From assembly GCA_030324005.1 (NCBI GenBank), contig JARDVH010000025.1, forward strand, positions 120,496,932-120,560,931: DNA of 64,000 nucleotides. The letters run 5' to 3'. The notes beneath the pieces were generated by a model. The model was not told the DNA's origin and made no database searches. It worked only from the letters and a program-made list of their open reading frames with translations. Numbering within the stretch: position 1 is the first letter of the stretch; each line of letters begins with the position of its first letter. The translations under genes and the position numbers were made by a program. Positions 38,271 through 50,391 of the stretch are shown piece after piece. Origin of the DNA: Negaprion brevirostris (taxonomy: Eukaryota).

Positions 38271-38301
38271 CCAAGGACAGCAGAAAGATCGGTGGCAACA
38301 T
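38271..38301 (-). CDS. Ig-like receptor gene B, exon 1 (MLPPIFLLSL-G)
   Basis: aacATG TTG CCA CCG ATC TTT CTG CTG TCC TTG G|gtgcgc. It and its flanks align with gene A exon 1 (13960-14250 vs 38180-38440). The donor site is weak. Confidence 0.7.
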
Positions 38302-39465
38302 GTTTCTATTGAGTGTGCGGGAGGTGGGAATCCAAGGGTAAGATGTCAGTGACACATACGCATGCATGATTTTAGCCCCAGTAACGTTAAACGCTGTGCT
38401 AAATAGATCGGATGTCTTATGCCACAGTCGAACACCCAGGGCTGTAATAATCATATTTCCTTGGTAATGTGCACCATTATGCCAGCATTTTGTGCACGAC
38501 CAAGACAACGGGGTTCATCCTGACAGCTCGCAAAAAAAAAGCGGTGCGATTTCTCGATTTCAGGAGTGGGAAAAACAGAGTGTCCATCTGCGGAGAAAAA
38601 TAAAACCGAGTTAAGCCCAGTCCGCTGAGTACCATTTATTGTTTGCAATGTCAGGTTTGTTGCACATACGCAGACTTGATCCTATAGCGATCAGTAGAAT
38701 GCACAGAGTGAGCAGAATATCGTGGCTCGAGGGATGCGCGTGTCCTCGGTGCATGAATCATGAAAGGCTCGTGTGCGGACACAACAAGTAGTTAAAACAT
38801 TTAATAACATGCTTAATTTTATTGCGAGAGGAATTGATTAACAAAAAGGAATGTTATATTTCGGCAGTACAGGATGTTGGCGAGACAACATTGTTGGTTC
38901 ATCTTTTAATATAATATGTAAATATGGTCGAAAAAGCGACAAGATTTTTTTTGTTCTTTCATAGGGCGCAGGAGGTGTTGGCTCGGTCAGCATTTATTAT
39001 CCGTCCCTAATTGCCCTTGAGGAAGCAGATGAAATTGAACTACGTTGCTGTGGATCTGGAGCCACATATAGGATAGACGAGGTAAGGAGAACAGGTTTCC
39101 TTCCTGAAACGTGAAACTAACGGGTTTTAGTGACAATCGTTCCATGATCATCTGGCTTTGAATTCAGAAGTTTTTGTGATCAAATTTCACGTCCCCACTA
39201 CGAGACTAATAAAGGATTGCGTCTATTGCGTTCAGAGGAAAGGTTGAGTCGGTTCGGCCTGTAACTACTCAGATCCTGAGGACTATTGGCTGAGCAGATG
39301 TGCAATGGTTGTTACCTCCTGCTGAAAATTCTAAAACGAAAGGTGGATGTTTGTATACATGTATACATGCTAATACATACATAAGCACAAGTTCAGCAAT
39401 GCGAGAAGCATTCATGAATACTCAGCATCTACTGTGACTCAGCTGAATCAATAATGGCAATAGTG

Positions 39466-39670
39466 ACAACTCACCCCTGCCAAGGACAAGCTGTTGAATC
39501 TGACACCTTCTGTCCTTTGACAAATTCCAGGCCATTGGCCACAACGAAAATCCAGCACAATGAAAGCAAACAACTTTAACAGAGAAACGCCAAGGTATGC
39601 TTGATTGAAGATCTTTCAGCATAATAAACGTTAGAACTCCATTCAGCCACAATTCCTCCTCTTGATCCTT
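39466..39670 (-). repeat. Truncated 3' LTR (39466-39651) plus polypurine tract
   Basis: ~185-bp match to the 5' part of the 5' LTR, roughly 85% identical by eye. PPT at 39652-39670. Confidence 0.75.
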
Positions 39671-39769
39671 AAATGGGCGCAGACTATGGCCAAGTTTACT
39701 TGTAAGTGAAACTCAAACCTCAAACCAATCAACTCAATGAATCCAAGTTTCAAGGTATCAATGTTACAT

Positions 39770-41700
39770 TGCATATATCACTTCAGGTATTAAAAAAAAA
39801 AATCTTATGCCACCATATTTCCTCATTCAACTGTTTGCTTATCCCTTTCCTCTACTCAATAAATCTTATTGTTACCACAATTAAAAACAGCAAAGTACAC
39901 AAGATCAATAATACTGCAGCATGAGAAACTAATCGGACCCAAGGATAAGTTTGTATGTTAGAACCTCAATTCCAGAAATCATCCCACCAACCTGTTTCCT
40001 TTATATTCAAGATATCCTGATTAATACTTATTCGAAGTTTGTTTCACTTGAATGAAAATTTGAGAAGCAGTACCCAAGCGTCTTCTCATATACTCGAAAT
40101 GTTCAGATTATGGGTTGATAGTTATTGCTCAAGATATCCACCTGAAGTGTCTTGTAGTTCATCTGTTATATTTAATATTAATCCTTTTCTTTGGTGCATT
40201 TAAACCAATTCAAAATAGCATATAATCTCTGATATTTGTGGAGTAACACAAAAGCTAGCATATGATGTTACGAACCAAAGCTCCAGGCTGATAATTGTCT
40301 AATGAGGAAGTAATGGAACATTCACCTTTTTGTCACTAAGCTACTTCAGTGATGCCTGTATCGAGACACCTAACATCCATTGTAGAACTTAAATTGTCAT
40401 CAACTTCAAACCCAAACGAAGCCTGTTTGTTTGAATATATGGGATATGGACGAACAGTTACTCTTTCCATTGTTGGCATTCCCTTAAAGTAGTACCCACC
40501 AAATTTCCCTCTTTTTCTACAACAGGAGATATAGTGCTATTATATCCCATCCACATACCATTCATGATGGCCGATGTTCTGTACGTCCTATATTTCAATT
40601 CCACTGAACCCATTGGAATCATTGGCATCCCCGCTATTAATCCTAACATTTTTCTAACTTTCCATCACAATATCACTCAAACCAAACATTAGCTAATTGT
40701 GAAAACTGACATCGGGACACATTAGGATGTCCCTGTCTGTGACTCACATAATCTAACTGTACACTACTATTCCAGGAAGTGACCTTCCCTTGATTAGCTT
40801 GTTCCATGTTTTTTTTTCTAAGTTGCTTGAAGATCCGATTCCCATAAAACACTACACAAAGTTCTATTCTGCTGCTTCCTTTCATCAATCGCCTTGTCTT
40901 AAGTAATTTGATTAATTGTTTTAGCATGCCCTTCTAGCAGTCACCATATATTTATTAGCACTCTATAATAACGATGGTCCTGATACAGCGTTCTGATTAT
41001 TGTTATNNNNNNNNNNNNNNNNNNNNNNNNNNNNNNNNNNNNNNNNNNNNNNNNNNNNNNNNNNNNNNNNNNNNNNNNNNNNNNNNNNNNNNNNNNNNNN
41101 NNNNNNACCATTTTGAGACCCAAGAGGAGACATAGGACAAGAGTATACCACTGGTGGATATGATGTAGCTGAGTAAAATTCAGCTGTACCACGTGCCAAA
41201 TAAGATACTGAAGAGGTAGATTTAAATCTCCAACGTAGTTGATATTTAAAATTATCATTATCTGCATAATGAACCCCATTACAATCATATGTTCATACTT
41301 ATCAGAAATTGTATTGGTCTTTTAATTCTACTAATCTCATCTCCAGGTGTATAGATTCTACATAAAATTGTAAATCGTGCACAGGTGTCATTAAAATATG
41401 TTGCACGCCATGACATAATTAAGCCTCTTATAAACCGAAACACAGCATAGTGGATTTAATTACACCACTGCACCGTAAACTCATATTTAAACATGCATAG
41501 ACATCCATACGTAACTGTTACATCTGATTCACCCACAAATGTCTACCTTCGCACAATGCTGCATTCGAAGGAATAAACAATAAGTCTCCCAGTTGCCCTT
41601 CGTTATAGCTGTCGTAAGATACCGATTGTGACGACTCCAGACCAGTCAGCAAAATCAGAAGTGCAATTCCCACGGAAATAAACTCATTCCCTCTCCAGCA
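39770..41700 (-). pseudogene. env-like class I fusion glycoprotein pseudogene (F-protein-like)
   Basis: Signal-like GIALLILLTGLESSQS, a Cys-rich ectodomain, LGLIAGMPMI...GNLVGTTLREC, a Trp-rich MPER (GWWDDFWN*G) and TM LVSHAAVLLILCTLLFLIVV just before the PPT. Interrupted by an N-gap. Confidence 0.7.
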
Positions 41701-42129
41701 GATCAAGGCAGTACCGACTGTTATATACAGTTTACATTATATCCTGTTCTTATTTAGAGACTAATCTTCCTGTTCGAACAGATTTGGTTTAAATAGAAAT
41801 TAACCCTAGTCTTTACATTGGAATATTGATGAATATTTCAAATCTTTTGTTTTTACGACTAGGAACATTTACAAAGCATTATCATCTCTATAGATGACAA
41901 CAAAATATCCCAACATGAAAAGGAAAAGTATGAACGAATTCTGGTGAGAAGCAGCAATAGGAAACTATTGCTACGGCAAAAGTGATAAAGATCCATCCAA
42001 GAAGAGTTAGAGAAAATCTGGATAACATAAGATACACAAGTGTCAAAACTGTGAGCGTCAAGATGAACTGCGTTCTATCTATAAGATACTATAACATGTA
42101 ACAAATATCCTCAGAAACATTGGCATTGA

Positions 42130-43400
42130 GCTCCATGGCAATTCGTACCAATTTAGCAGTGTCTTCCTTTTCTAAATGTGGTCACTACAATCCCCCAAAA
42201 TATTGTGAATATTGACGCATAAGCAACCAGCAAAGGCTATTCAATCCTTCTAACGGGTGAACTTTATTATATCCAATTGCAATTAAACTCGTTTCTTTTA
42301 CTTCCACCAAAGTTCCCACTCCAACGTTTTGAGGATCGGGGAATGCAGGCAGCATAGCTGGACTAAGACAACTTACACATAATTTTACCTGTTTTACCTC
42401 ATACCACACATAAAGTGTTCACTGCTGTCAAATATTTTCGAGGAACGCAAAAGGATCTGCTGCTAGCTTAAATACAGTAACTTTCTTAGCTATCTCAGCT
42501 AAGTGTGCTACCGTGAATGGAGTTGAATATATAACTGTCTCAGGCTCATCGCCCCTGCTACTTTGAGTCGTTACCGGATTCATTGGAGCAGGAGCTGGCT
42601 CTGGCGGTGCTGAAGAGTTCGCCCCACAGGTAAAGGATGTGGAAGTCCCCAATATTTATGATGTTCTAAATATTGATTTGTTGCTGCTTGCAAGACACCC
42701 TAATCTACTGCATCATCTTCAACCTGCACCTCAATTGTCTCAAGTGCCTGCATTGATGATTGTGACTTCAACTTCTCAATTATTCGCTGGCACTTAGAAT
42801 GGTCAGCTGTGGAAACCTGTTTTTCATTACTGACTTGGTGTAAAAATTAAAATGCTACCTGCAGATATGTGCGTTTCTCTTTTAACAAGACACAGACTTG
42901 TTTTATTCTGCATCATCCCTTTCAATAATAGCTCGCGGCTTTTCATGATAAGCTTTTTGTTTCACTCTGAAGCTGAAATTGAGCCATGCGCCGCATATTT
43001 GCTTGATTTCTTTGTTCTTAACTTACCACTTTAACTTGAAGGCCTTCCATCTCTTTCTCCATCCTATTCATTTTAATTTTAGTGCTTTACTACACTTTAT
43101 TTCTTTATCTACAACATGGCGTATCTCATTATTTCTCATCTTCATTGTTACTCCCGGTTGCTTCATTTTTAAACTTGCATTCTCTAGTTTATCTTTTTTT
43201 CGCTTAACTGCCCCTTTTTCCTATAATTGCCCCAAACAGCTCGCAAATGTTGTAACTTTTCTTATTTTATCTGCTCCCTTCCCCTGCGTTAGACACCCTT
43301 CATTCCAACATTTGTGACCCACTGATCTCATGTCCTCTGAAGATACAAAATTCCACCTAACATAGCCATTTTTTATGGCGATAATCACTTAACATTTCTC
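42130..43400 (-). pseudogene. gag-like pseudogene with N-terminal coiled-coil region and capsid-like region
   Basis: Broken frames SVGHKCW...FASCLGQL, K/E-rich heptads ...STADHSKCQR.IEKLK, then APMNPVTT...YSTPFTVAHLAEIAKKV..F....DPFAFL...GTLVEVK. Multiple stops and frameshifts; located directly after the LTR/leader. Confidence 0.65.
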
Positions 43401-43590
43401 CCCATTTCGAACACTCTGTCATTTTTCCCGTTACTTCTAGATTAATCTAAGGAAAGAAGATAGGCAACTTAGCCCAATAACTTACTTTGTGCAAGAAATT
43501 TGTTCCTCCTCTCCCTGCGTCCGGCGTACCAGGAACGTGAATCAATCCACAAGACTATCGAAAGATAGGTCTCCAATCCCTCCTCGCGGC

Positions 43591-44428
43591 CGGCTATGGA
43601 GTTACAACAGCCCCTGTTTTAGCTAGGGTCCCCTATACTGCATTTATTCTCTAGAGTAAATGACAGTTTTCTTCTAAATTAGTTAAACGTTTTAACAGTA
43701 CAACCTGGAGCAATTTTGATAGTGACTACATATCGGGTCGCATCTGGGGTGCTATTTCTGTTGCCCAAACCTGTGTGTTTTAACCTCTGCAGTGAATAAA
43801 GGGACAATGTTGACTTTACATACTTAATCACAGTGTCCTTTATTTTGTAGCTATTAAACAACAGTAAATATTTGCAATACATAAACCAAATGCTTATATT
43901 TGTTACTTTACCTAACTTTCGGTTGATTTCCACTGACAATTAAAACCTGGCCAGGGTTTACCTGCCATATAGAATCCGTTCTTTTTTTTCTCTTCTCTTT
44001 CCAGATGTTGTCTCTTCTTATGAACTTGGTTTCCTGGTTCTACACACTGCCTTTCTGAACAAGTTCTTTGTATTGGTTCCTTGTTAATCAACTAGTGGAT
44101 TGATCAGGACCCCAACTGCATTGTTCGATTACACCAATCAAATCCAACCATAGCATCATTGGTAACTTCAGGCTTCATCATCAAAATGCATGTTGTTTAC
44201 ATTCCAGTGCTCAGCTCAGCAACGCTGGCTCCAAGGGTCTGTTCACAACTCATCCCTGTCAAGGGCAAGCTGTTGAATCTGACACCTTCTGTCCTTTGAC
44301 AAATTCCAGGCCACTGCAAACAAGGAAAATCCAATATAGTGAAAAAAAAACTTTAACCAAAGAAAAATCAGGTTTTCTTGATTGAAGATCTTTCCACATA
44401 TTAAAAGTTAAAACACCATTCAGCCACA
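43591..44428 (-). repeat. 5' LTR (~840 bp) of ERV copy 1
   Basis: Begins TGTGGCTGAATGG and ends near AACTCCATAGCC, an imperfect inverted terminal repeat. Minus-strand AATAAA lies near the 3' end (~43643-43648). The lower boundary is approximate. Confidence 0.6.
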
Positions 44429-45167
44429 TGGGTAACCACCATCCACCGTAATTCTAAAGAATTGACTGCAAGTTATTGTACAGAATTAATGAGTTTACCT
44501 TCCAGGTTCATATCAGCCTCATTCCTGATGGCTACCAACACTCAGTATCCTAAATTGTCCGCTAGCAACCAATCTTTCAATTCCCAACTGCATCTTGTGA
44601 CTTTATGCGTGATAGTCTTACATTAATGACCTTTTGTTTTGTGTTGCCTGATCCTGGAAACATGCTGTGCCATGCCTCATCTGTGATGCACCTTCACAGA
44701 CACACTGGCACACACAAGCATATAATTATTTTATGCCCTGTTAAGTCTCTTCATGACTGATCGTCTTTGCTTTATTCCCGCCAACCCCACAACGCCTTCC
44801 CACCCCCCGCGCATTGCTTAGAGGAGTTTGAAGGAATAATTTCCATCGCTCTGTCAAAAAGCATTTCCAATCACTTCCTAACGTCTTCAAAATCGCTGCA
44901 GTCAATAAAACAATCAAAATCAATCGACGTTGCGTAATTTCCCCAAAATAAATAGGTTGGGTGGGATAGTGGGAAAATTCTTTGTTCTGACTCATTTCAA
45001 CGTGGGTAAGGTCAGTTGCATTTTCTTCCGTGTCTCCCTTCAAATGCAGATTGCGTATGCCCATGAGGAGAGAAGTGTATGAGCATTGGGGCTGAAGGCT
45101 GCAGTCTGGCATTTTAGTAAGTAACGGTATTCAGACCTGGAACACACGAACATATATATTCAGCACT

Positions 45168-45470
45168 GGCAGGATGGCACGGCGGCTCACTAATTAGCAC
45201 TGCTGCTTCACAGCTGCAGAGGTGCCAGTTCGATTCCCTGCTTGTGTCAATGTCCGTGTGCAGTTCGCAAGTTCTCGCTGTGTCTGCGTGGGTTCGTCCG
45301 GATGCTTTTCGACCCACAGTCCATACATGTGCAGTTTAGATGAATTGTCCATGCTACATTCTCTCCCAATGTACCTGAACAGGCGTCGGAGAGTGGTGCC
45401 GAGAAGATTTTCACAGTACATTCATTTAATTGTGACTATAAGCATACTTGTGACGATAAAATAACAAATA
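45168..45470 (+). mobile_element. tRNA-derived V-SINE within the triplicated unit (copies at 48349-48590 and 53746-54050)
   Basis: ggca.gatggcac.gc...ttagcactgctgcttcacagc head, V-domain, and ttttcacagta..ttcatt tail. Confidence 0.8.
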
Positions 45471-46262
45471 AAAAGATGGCAAATTAACGATTACCCTTTT
45501 TTGTATTGCAATGCTCATTTTTTCCTTGCCATGAGCGAAAGTAGACAAGCACATGGGAGAGGTAAATGTAAATATGAACATTGCGATTCTTGAAGTGATG
45601 ATGTGATGGGGTAGCTGAGTGGTGGTGTAGCGCATTAATACCTGGCCTGTCGATTATTCTGTACTTCTGTTCTACTGGCTAAAAGTGTGTTTTTAAACTT
45701 CTTACAATCATAAACCATTTTTATATCCTGAAGGCTTTCAGACTTATTAAATGATACACCAGTACCATTCCGAAACAAGATGCAACGGACCTTACTTGAC
45801 GTGGGCCATTGAGTTCTTACAGCAAGTTGGCTAGATGGATAAAGTGTCACGAAAACTCTTGAATTAACTTTTCTTCGGCTCGTTTCCCTGAGTGCAACAA
45901 AGGCCAGATTCACCTCCTCTAAAATGGAACACGAATGAAGCCGAGAACAGCTTTCACTGCACTGTCAATGTGACAGGACAGTATGTAACCGACATGATTC
46001 TTTCTTGCATATTTATGTCGTATTATCAAAGTTATATAAGTCTCATTAAGGGTTTTTTTTTTAATTTTAAGAACAGAGATATTGAAATTGAAATATAACG
46101 TGATTACTCTTGCCATTCCTTCTAACATCAAATATTTATTAAAACATGCATGCGACCTTTAGNNNNNNNNNNNNNNNNNNNNNNNNNNNNNNNNNNNNNN
46201 NNNNNNNNNNNNNNNNNNNNNNNNNNNNNNNNNNNNNNNNNNNNNNNNNNNNNNNNNNNNNN

Positions 46263-47615
46263 CCCTCCTACACTTTATTTCTTTATCTGCAACATGCTGT
46301 AACTCATTCTCTCTCATCTTCATGGATATTCCCAGTTGCTTCATTTTTAATCTTGCATTCTCGAGTCAATCATTTATTCGCTTAACTTCCCTTTCTTTCC
46401 TTACAATTGCCGCAAACAACTCGCAAACGTTGTAACTGTACGCATTTTATCTGCTTCCTTCCCCTGCGTTAGACATCCTTCGTTCCAACTTTTGTGACCC
46501 ACTGGTCTCATATCGTCTCCACTGATTATACAGACTTCCACCTAACATAGCCATTTTTATGGCGATGATCTGTTAACATTTCTCCCCATTTCGAACGCTC
46601 TGGCATTTACCCCATCACTTCGAGATTAAACTAAAGGAGGAAGACAACTTAGCCCAATAACCTACTTTGTGCTAATAGAAAAAGTTCATACTCTCTGTAC
46701 GCCCGGGTATCAGGAATGTGAGTCAATCCACCCTCCACAATACTAACGAAAGATACGTCTTTCGCAATTCCTCACGGCTGGCTATAGAGTTACAACAGCC
46801 CCTGTTTTAGCTAGGATTCCCTATACTGCATTTATTCTCTAGAGTAAATGTCAGTTATCTTCTAACTCACTTAAACATTTTAACAGTACAACCGGGAACA
46901 ACTTTTATAGGTACTTTGTGTCGGGTGGCATCTGGGGTGCCATGTCTTTTGCCCAAACCTATGTGTTTTAACCCCTGCAGTGAATAAATGGACAACGTTG
47001 ACTTTAAATTCTTAAACACTTTGTCCTTTACTTTGTAACTATTAATCAACAGTAAATATGTGCAATGCATAAACCAAATACTCACTGTTTGTTACTTTAC
47101 TTAACTTAAGATTGATTTCCACTTGCAATTAAAACCTGGCCAGGGTCTCCTTGCCATATGGAATCAGTTATTTATTCTCTTCTCCTTCCAGATGTTATCT
47201 CTTTTTATGAGAGTGGTTCCCTCATTCCACATACTGCCTTTCTGGACAAGTTATTTGCATTAGTTCCTTGTTAATCAACCAATGGATTGATCAGGACCCC
47301 AATTTCATCGTTCTATTAGGCCAATCAAATCCAACCATAGCATCATTGACCGCTTCAGGTCTCATCATCTAAATGCATATTGTTTACATTCCAATGCCCA
47401 ATAAGAAACGATCGCTCCAAGAGTCTGTTCACAACTCATCCTTGCCAAGGGCAAGCTTTTGAATCTGACACCTTTTGTCCTTTCACAAATTTCAGGCCAC
47501 TGCAAACACGAAAAATCCAATATAGTGAAAAAAAAACTTCAACCAAAAAAAAACTCAGGTTTGTTTGATTGAAGATCTTTCTGCATATTAAAAGTTAAAA
47601 CTCCATTCAGCCATA
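46263..47615 (-). mobile_element. ERV copy 2 (5' gag, leader, 5' LTR), part of a tandem segmental duplicate
   Basis: Aligns to 43085-44428 and has the same outer flank tgggtaa, so it is the same insertion duplicated. Confidence 0.8.
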
Positions 47616-50391
47616 TGGGTAATCATCATAATTCTAAAGAATTGACTGCAAGTTATAGTATAGAATTAATGAATTTACCTTCGAGAATCATATCAGCCTC
47701 ATTCCTGATGAGCACCAGCACTCTGTATCCTAAAATCTCCGCTAGCAACCAATCTTTCAATTCCCAACTTGATCTTGTGACTCTATGCATGATAGTCTTA
47801 CATTAATGACTTTTTGTTTTGTATTGCCTTATCCTGGAAACATGTCGTTCCATGTCTCATCTGTGATGCGCCTTCACAGACACACAGGCACACACAAGCA
47901 GATAATTATGTTATGTCCTGTCATGTCTCTCCATGATTGATCGTCTTTGCTTTGTCCCCGCCAACCCCACAACGCCTCCCCACCCCCCGCGCATTGATTA
48001 GAGGAGTTTGAAGGAATAATTTCCATCGCTCCGTCAAAAAGCATTTCCAATCATTTCCTAACGTCTTCAACGTGGTGGAATTAAATGATGCAATCAAAAT
48101 CGATCAACTTTTCGCAATTTCCACAAAATAAATAGGCTGGGTGGTTAGTGGGAAAAATCTTTGTTCTGATTCATTTTACCATGGGTAAGGTCAGTTGAAT
48201 CGTCTTCCACGTCGACCTTCAAATGCAAATTGCACATCTACACAAAGAGCGAAGCATATTAGCATTGTGGCTGAAGGCTGCAGTCTGGTATTTAAGTAGG
48301 TTACTATATTCACACCTGGCACACAAAAACATGTACATTTTCAGCACTGGCAGGATGGCACGGCAGCACAGCAATTAGCACTGCTGCTTCACAGCTGCAG
48401 GGGTGCCAGTTCAATTCCCGGCTTGTGTCAATGTCTGTGTGGAGTTTGCACGTTCTCGCCATTTAGAATGGCTCTGAACTATTACTAATATTGCATTGTT
48501 TTGTTTCGGAGAGTGGTGACGAGGCGATTTTCACAGTAAATTCATTTAAGTTTGGCTGTAAGCTTACTTGTAACGATAAAATAACAAATTAAAAATGACG
48601 GCGAATGAACGATTTCCCTTTTTTGTGTTGTAATGCTCTATTTTTCCTTGCCATGAGCGAAAGTAGACAAGCACATGAGGGAGGTAAATGCAAATATGAA
48701 CATCGCAATTCTTGAAATAGTGATGGGGCGGGGTAGCTGAGTGCTGGTGTAGCGCATTAATACCTGGGGTGTCGATTACTCTGTACCTATGTTCTACTGG
48801 TTATAAGTGTGTTTTTAAACTTCTGACAATCATAAACCACTTTAATCCTACAGGTATATCCTGAAGGCTTTCAGACTTATTAAATGATACGCCAGTACCA
48901 CTCCGAAACAAGATGCAACGGACCTTACTTGACGTGGGCCATTCAGTTCTTACAGCAAGTTGGCTACATGGATGAAGTGTCACGAAAACTCTTGAATTAA
49001 CTTTTCTTCGGCTCATTTCCCTGAGTGCAACAAAGGCCAAATTCACCTCCTCTGAAATGGAATACGGATGAAGCTGAGAACAGCTTTCACTGCACTATCA
49101 AGGTGACAGGAACATATGTAACCGACATGAATATTTCTTGTATATTTATGCCGTATTATAGAAGTTATATAAATTCCATTAAGGGTTTTTTTTTAGAACC
49201 TTATTGCCATATTGAAATTGAAATATAACGTGATTGCACTTGCAATTCCTTCGAACATCAAATATTTAGTGAAACATGCGTGCGGCCTTGAGCATATGTA
49301 TTCATGGTGTCAGATAGTTTCTGATGAGCTCGTTTTTCTTCCTTAATATCTAGGCAATTAGTTATAACCAATGAGGAAGTAGGCATTTCTGAGTTCGGGC
49401 ATGATATGGTCAAGCACATTTTGACATGATTATCGTAGACTTGTTTGGAACCGACAAACAAATGACACATCATGTTAGGTTGCCCATATTATAACGCCAT
49501 TATGTTATGGTCCGTATATCCTATCATGCTTGGTCTGTATACGGAAAGCATGGTGACTAGTTAATTACTTTTGAACTGGTTACCGACCTGATGGTTGTGA
49601 GGATATCTCCCATACACGGTATTATTCTGGTTGGCAGGGAATAATAATGAAAAAACAAACAGTAAAACATTGATGCATTCAGCTCATCGACTCAGATTCA
49701 CAATCCATTGGACCGAAGCCACAATTGAATTGCATTATCTTTGTTCCATGATGTGTCGCTGTAATTAACTTACACGTTTCTATCACGTAAGGCCTGCGTC
49801 GACAGATACCGGTGGAGAGACTTCCAAAATTCAACCAGTTTCTTGTAACTAAACTACTTTGCGATCTCCATTAGAATGGTCCTGAACTATTACTAATATT
49901 GCATTGTCTTGTGTCTTGATGTGCACCCGTTGAAATTAAATAAAAGGACCCTGAATTTTACTAGTAGCCGAACAGATGTTATCAATTTTCCTCCACAGTC
50001 TAAACGGATTTCTAATTCCAAATTCCTCGTTAGTCCATTTCTGACTTAACATATGAGAAAACAAACAATTTCTCTGCAGGGTAAGAATTCATCTGTTGTA
50101 TCTAAATTAGAGTGAACTGCTTGGGTATCACGGCGGGCTCAGTAAGTACAACAATGTGAGAATTTCTTTCATTTTTATTTCTGCCTCAAATTTTGATTTC
50201 TAACCGACTTTACTTTTTGTAGTATCTACTCTATGGGCGGGTGGGGGTGATGGTTACAGCGTGGTTAAGATCAGTTCTGATTTAAATGCAGNNNNNNNNN
50301 NNNNNNNNNNNNNNNNNNNNNNNNNNNNNNNNNNNNNNNNNNNNNNNNNNNNNNNNNNNNNNNNNNNNNNNNNNNNNNNNNNNNNNNNNNN

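Larger units (their letters stand above)
39466..44428 (-). mobile_element. Degenerate endogenous retrovirus-like LTR element, copy 1 (5'LTR-gag-[no pol]-env-PPT-partial 3'LTR)
   Basis: Direct repeats 39466-39651 and 44245-44428 both start TGTGGCTGAATGG on the minus strand. A purine tract AAGGATCAAGAGGAGGAAT precedes the 3' copy. Broken gag- and env-like frames lie between. Confidence 0.8.

Noticed and set aside
39770-41700. Domesticated (syncytin-like) env gene
   Set aside because: Numerous stops and frameshifts in both copies; no intact ORF.
45892-46098. Peptide WNTNEAENSFHCTVNV resembling an Ig C1 F-strand (also at 49025)
   Set aside because: No upstream B-strand Cys or open exon-length frame in any of the three copies, and no matching splice sites.
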